Below are positions 36,255-40,035 of a stretch of DNA of 40,035 nt, one piece after another; the stretch's first letter is position 1; each line of letters begins with the position of its first letter. The notes beneath the pieces were generated by a model. The model had not been told where the DNA came from. It saw only the letters and a program-made list of their open reading frames with translations, and searched no databases. The DNA comes from an uncultured Desulfobacca sp. (GTDB taxonomy: Bacteria > Desulfobacterota > Desulfobaccia > Desulfobaccales > Desulfobaccaceae): positions 1 to 40,035 of the forward strand of contig CALGOE010000179.1 of NCBI GenBank assembly GCA_937958145.1, written 5' to 3'. Made by a program: the position numbers and the translations under genes.

Positions 36255-37237
36255 ATCTCCTCCGGCACCGCCTGCAGCCCCAGGTCCTGCAGCATTTGCA
36301 GGTCCTGGGCCGGCAACTGCCCTTTGGTCGTCAGATAATCCCCGGTCATGAGGGCATCGGCGCCGGCCGCAAACATCAAGGGGGCCAGGGAGCGCAGGGT
36401 CCCGACCCGTCCGCCGGCAATGATGAGCCGCTGGTTGGGAAAAAAGAGGCGAAAGGCCAGGATAATCTGCAGGGCCTGCAGAGGCTCCAGGGGCTGTTGG
36501 GCGGCCAGCGGCGTCCCCGGAATCGGTTGGAGAAAATTCAGGGGGATGGAATCCACCTCCAGATCCCGCAGGGTCTGCGCCATTTCATATCGCTGCGCCA
36601 CACTTTCCCCCAGGCCAAAGATACCTCCCACACACACAGCCAACCCCGCCTCTTTAGCCTGCCGGATGGTGGCCAGCCGCTCCGCATAGGAATGGGCCGT
36701 GGCAATCTGCGGAAAAAAAGAGGCTGCCGTCTCCACGTTGTGATGATAACGATAGACTCCGGCGGCGGCCAGGGCCTGCAAAAACTCCGGGGTGACAATC
36801 CCCAAAGAGACACAGACCTTTAGGGGCGTGGTGCGGCGAATCGCTTCCACCGTTGCCAGGATGGTTTCCTGTTCCTGGCGGCTCATCACTCCCCGGCCGG
36901 AGGTGACGATACTGAACCGGGCCGCGCCCTGGGCTGCCGCCGCCTGCGCCGCCGCCACCATCTGCTCCTGGGGCAGCAGGGGGTATTTCTGAATCGGGGC
37001 CGTGGAACGGCGGGATTGGGCGCAAAAAGCGCAATCCTGGGGGCAATGCCCGGATTTGGCGTTAATAATGACGCATAGACTGATATTCCGGCCACAACGG
37101 GCCTCCCGCTGCCGGCTGGCCTGGGCCAACAGCGGCCAGAGGTCGGTCAGAGGGAGCCGAAAAATTTCCTGCCATTCGCTCAATTGCACGATTATTTCCC
37201 CATCAGACGGAACGCCAAGCCGGCGCCTGGCTTGCAA
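36251..37237 (-). CDS. bioB: Biotin synthase (radical SAM), likely type II
   Basis: INAKSGHCPQDCAFCAQS, YHHNVET, CVGGIFGLGE, IPLNFL.PIPGTP, GDYLTT. Start may be GTG 37189. Confidence 0.95.
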   Translation of the reverse strand: MQARRRLGVPSDGEIIVQLSEWQEIFRLPLTDLWPLLAQASRQREARCGRNISLCVIINAKSGHCPQDCAFCAQSRRSTAPIQKYPLLPQEQMVAAAQAAAAQGAARFSIVTSGRGVMSRQEQETILATVEAIRRTTPLKVCVSLGIVTPEFLQALAAAGVYRYHHNVETAASFFPQIATAHSYAERLATIRQAKEAGLAVCVGGIFGLGESVAQRYEMAQTLRDLEVDSIPLNFLQPIPGTPLAAQQPLEPLQALQIILAFRLFFPNQRLIIAGGRVGTLRSLAPLMFAAGADALMTGDYLTTKGQLPAQDLQMLQDLGLQAVPEEI

Positions 37238-37278
37238 GGCGTTGCCGTAACAGTTGTCTTGGCCACCATTCTATCACC

Positions 37279-37313
37279 ATTGTCAACTTTTACAAGCTGC
37301 CAAGGTTGACAAT
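37279..37313. promoter_or_regulatory. BirA (biotin repressor) operator overlapping the bio promoter
   Basis: ATTGTCAACT-N15-GGTTGACAAT matches the TGTcAACC-N14/15-GGTTgACA BirA box. It overlaps a minus-strand TTGTAA-16-TAGAAT promoter candidate. Confidence 0.85.
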
Positions 37314-37514
37314 TTTTAGGATTTTCTTGTCAAAGGAACTGTGACGGTTTATCTTGATTGCCAGGAACCCCAGCAATGATGACTGCTACACGATAGATTG
37401 CGCTTTATGCCGGAGGTTTCCCCAGAGGGTAAATCAGCATTAATCCTGTTCCCCCTTTTTTTCGGGATTTTAAGGGAACTGCTCCGGCTGTGAGGTTCAG
37501 AAGAGGAATCGGTT

Positions 37515-38078
37515 ATGGTACAGTCCCCCCTTTTTTCTTTCAGGGGCCAATGCTGCCGCTGGGCCTGCTTCCTGATGCTTCTGCTGTCTGTAGCTGCCTG
37601 CACTCCGGCCATTTCCCGGTCTCTGCGGCAGCAAGCCGAGCCGCGCCTCAGTTTTGCCGTTCTCAGCAGCGATCCTGAAGCCTATCAGGGCCGCATGGTT
37701 ATCCTGGGAGGAGTTATTGCCCAGACCACCCCGAGGGCGGGGCAGACGGAAGTGGAAATTGTTCAGAAACCCCTGGATTATTTCCAGGAACCCCAGACCA
37801 CGGATACCTCCCTGGGCCGCTTCCTGGTGGTGGCCGAGCGGTTTTTGGATCCCCTGGTTTTCCGCAAAGATCGCAAGATTACCGTCGCCGGTGCGGTAAA
37901 AGGCAGCGAGGTCCGCAAATTAGCCGAAATGGATTATCGCTATCCGGTTATTGCGGCCAAGGAGGTGAAACTTTGGCCCCTGCCGTTGCCCGAACGCTAT
38001 CCCTACCCTTGGGGCTATGGCCTGCCGGTCTACTATTACTGGGGTCCCTGGGGGCCAGGCCCTTACTGGCTCTGGTAA
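37515..38078 (+). CDS. Slp/YeaY family outer-membrane lipoprotein
   Basis: Lipobox VAAC, VILGGVI, GRF....FLDP, ITVAG, YRYPVI, Y/W/P-rich tail. Confidence 0.85.
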   Translation: MVQSPLFSFRGQCCRWACFLMLLLSVAACTPAISRSLRQQAEPRLSFAVLSSDPEAYQGRMVILGGVIAQTTPRAGQTEVEIVQKPLDYFQEPQTTDTSLGRFLVVAERFLDPLVFRKDRKITVAGAVKGSEVRKLAEMDYRYPVIAAKEVKLWPLPLPERYPYPWGYGLPVYYYWGPWGPGPYWLW

Positions 38079-38155
38079 GCGCCACGCATATTTGCCCTTG
38101 CCGGCCGGGTCCGGCCGGGCCGAGAGCTTGGCCACGACGCACGGAGGGAGGTAGA

Positions 38156-38824
38156 ATGGCTGCCGGCCAACCTTGTCACCAGCCCCTGACCGGGTGGTGG
38201 TATCCCTTAAGCGAGCAGGTGCTCCTCACCGACCGGCCCCTCCAGGGAGGGTTCTCGGACAGGAGGCAGGTCATGGTTATTGACAGTGGCGGGGCCTTCC
38301 CCCTGGGTCATCCCACTACCCGCCTGTGCCTGGATCTGCTGGTCTATGCCCTGGCGGCGGCGCCGGTAGCCCGTTTGGTGGAGATCGGCTGTGGCAGTGG
38401 CGTCCTCTGTCTGGCCGCGGCGGCCTTGGGGGTCCCCCGGGTGCTGGGTCTGGACATTGCTGCCAAGGCTGTGAAGGCCACCCGGCGCAATGCCCGGCGC
38501 CATGGTCTGGCCGGGACCGTCCAGGTCATCCAGGGCTCCAGCCATTGTCTCACCGGTGCCTTTGATCTGGTGGTGGCCAATCTCCCCAACGAAGTGCAGC
38601 ATGAGCAGGTCGAACATCTGTCCGATCTGGCCGTTTCCTCCGGGCGCTTGCTGCTCTCCGGCTTCCGGGAGACGGACGAACCGGCTTTGCTGGACCACTA
38701 CCACCGGCGGGGCTGGCATCTGGCCAAACGGGCGGTAAAATATTTTACCCATCCCGAGCTGCCCCCCGCCCTAAACTTTAACTGGGTGGCCTGGCTCCTG
38801 GCCACTTTCCCGGGAAGCACCTGA
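38156..38824 (+). CDS. Second, short PrmA-like methyltransferase
   Basis: IDSGGAFPLGHPTTRLCL, VEIGCGSGVL, DLVVANL, LLSGF; SD GGAGG before ATG 38156. Confidence 0.8.
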   Translation: MAAGQPCHQPLTGWWYPLSEQVLLTDRPLQGGFSDRRQVMVIDSGGAFPLGHPTTRLCLDLLVYALAAAPVARLVEIGCGSGVLCLAAAALGVPRVLGLDIAAKAVKATRRNARRHGLAGTVQVIQGSSHCLTGAFDLVVANLPNEVQHEQVEHLSDLAVSSGRLLLSGFRETDEPALLDHYHRRGWHLAKRAVKYFTHPELPPALNFNWVAWLLATFPGST

Positions 38825-39015
38825 GCAGCCGCCTGATGAACGGCCGCGCCCACTTTCTCCTTGCCTTGGGTGTGGTTCTTTCGATACAGTGATAACTACC
38901 GTCAACCTGATCCTGCCGGGATCGCCGCAGTGGTCGGGGCGGCGTGGCCAGGCCGCCGGGCTTGGACCTTCCCGGCTCCGAGGCCTTTGTCTGCGAGTAT
39001 GAGGAGAACGGACCT

Positions 39016-40035
39016 ATGCCAGAACTCTTGGTGGAAGTTACCCGTGGGGAGAGGGTGGAAAGCTGCCATTATGGCCATGTCGCCGTGGCCGAGGCGCAGG
39101 GGCGGCTGCAGGCCGCCGTCGGTGATCCGGAAACTTGGGTCTGCCTGCGTTCCATGGCCAAACCTCTCCAAGTCCTGCCGCTTGTGACCACCGGCGCGGC
39201 TGCGGCCTTCAGTTTCGGCGACGAGGAGTTGGCCCTGTTTTCCGGCTCTTTGAATGGCCAGGATTTTCAGGTCGCCATCGTGCAGCGGGTCCTGGCCCGT
39301 TTAGGTCTTGGCCCCGAGCATCTTCAATGCGGCGTCCACGCCCCTTCGCACCGTCCCACCGCCCAAGCCCTGGCCAAAGCCGGCGAGGCTCCCTCCCCCC
39401 TGCATAACAACTGCGCCGGCAAACACACCGCCATGCTGGCCCTCTGCGTGCACCACGGCTGGCCGGTGGCTGACTACCTGGATACCAATCATCCGGTGCA
39501 GAAACTCATCCTGGCCACCGTGGCCCAGGTCACGGAAGTGCCGGCAGAACAGATTACGGTGGCCATTGACGGCTGTGGGGCCCCGGTCTTTTATGTTCCG
39601 TTGCGGCGCATTGCCCAGACGTATGCCAAACTGGCCGCGGCTGTCCAGGGCCGGTTGACCCCGGGGCCATTGACTGACGCCATGGCCGCAGTCGTCCGGG
39701 CCTGTCTGGCTCATCCCAGACTCGTGGCCGGCGACGGCCGCCTGTGTACCGATATTATGCAGGCCCTGCCCGGCCGGGTGCTGGCCAAAACCGGCGCCGA
39801 ATGCGGCTATGCCCTGGCTCTGGTGGACCAGGGCCTGGGAGTGGCCGTGAAAATTGCCGACGGCCATGCCCGGGGTCTCAACCCCACGGTCGTGGAGACC
39901 CTGGCCCAACTCCAGGTCTGGACCCCGGAGGCTGCCGCGGCCCTGGCGGCGTATCATCAGCCGGTGATCAAAAATCACCGCAAACAGCAGGTGGGCCAAG
40001 TGCGGCCAGCCTTCCGTCTGTTGCAAACGGCTTGA
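39016..40035 (+). CDS. Class 3 (Rhizobium etli AnsA-type) L-asparaginase
   Basis: VESCHYG, RSMAKPLQ, HNNCAGKH, DGCGAP, KTGAE, KIADG; SD GAGGAG before ATG 39016; stop at the last base. Confidence 0.88.
   Translation: MPELLVEVTRGERVESCHYGHVAVAEAQGRLQAAVGDPETWVCLRSMAKPLQVLPLVTTGAAAAFSFGDEELALFSGSLNGQDFQVAIVQRVLARLGLGPEHLQCGVHAPSHRPTAQALAKAGEAPSPLHNNCAGKHTAMLALCVHHGWPVADYLDTNHPVQKLILATVAQVTEVPAEQITVAIDGCGAPVFYVPLRRIAQTYAKLAAAVQGRLTPGPLTDAMAAVVRACLAHPRLVAGDGRLCTDIMQALPGRVLAKTGAECGYALALVDQGLGVAVKIADGHARGLNPTVVETLAQLQVWTPEAAAALAAYHQPVIKNHRKQQVGQVRPAFRLLQTA

Noticed and set aside
1-40035. CRISPR array, tRNA/rRNA, prophage, transposase or defence system
   Set aside because: No regularly spaced repeats, cloverleafs or hallmark proteins seen; the SLTs lack phage neighbours.

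Overview
GC-rich bacterial chromosomal window. The gene content (HdrA/MvhD, a delta-proteobacterial-type BirA box, gnnA-like gene next to lpxB) suggests an anaerobic Desulfobacterota/deltaproteobacterium; this taxonomy is inference. In order it holds: a truncated Cache-HAMP-PAS membrane sensor coupled to an orphan substrate-binding lipoprotein; a 1.3 kb low-coding island with small ORFs, a REP hairpin and MITE-like ends; and a minus-strand run of FwdF-like polyferredoxin, HdrA-MvhD fusion, second HdrA, methyltransferase, ferredoxin, PrmA-like protein, ogt, TsaA/TrmO and an Fe-S protein. Next come a GGDEF protein preceded by a gene relic, a Zn-ADH, a 134-bp MITE, menA, a Clp1-type polynucleotide kinase, a nitroreductase, a DUF3568-like gene, gnnA-like gene and lpxB, fbaB, cdd and tauE. 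Two tandem lytic transglycosylases sit behind a long structured leader, followed by an MscK-like channel and mgtE. The window ends with a BirA-boxed bioB-D-F-H-C operon that lacks bioA but has a coupled unknown ORF, an Slp lipoprotein, a second PrmA-like protein and a class-3 asparaginase. The most unusual signals are the REP-carrying MITE family, the orphan HdrA module, a TsaA with an apparent signal peptide, and the structured SLT leader. No rRNA, tRNA, CRISPR array or transposase was seen. All calls come from motif recognition by eye; no searches were run.
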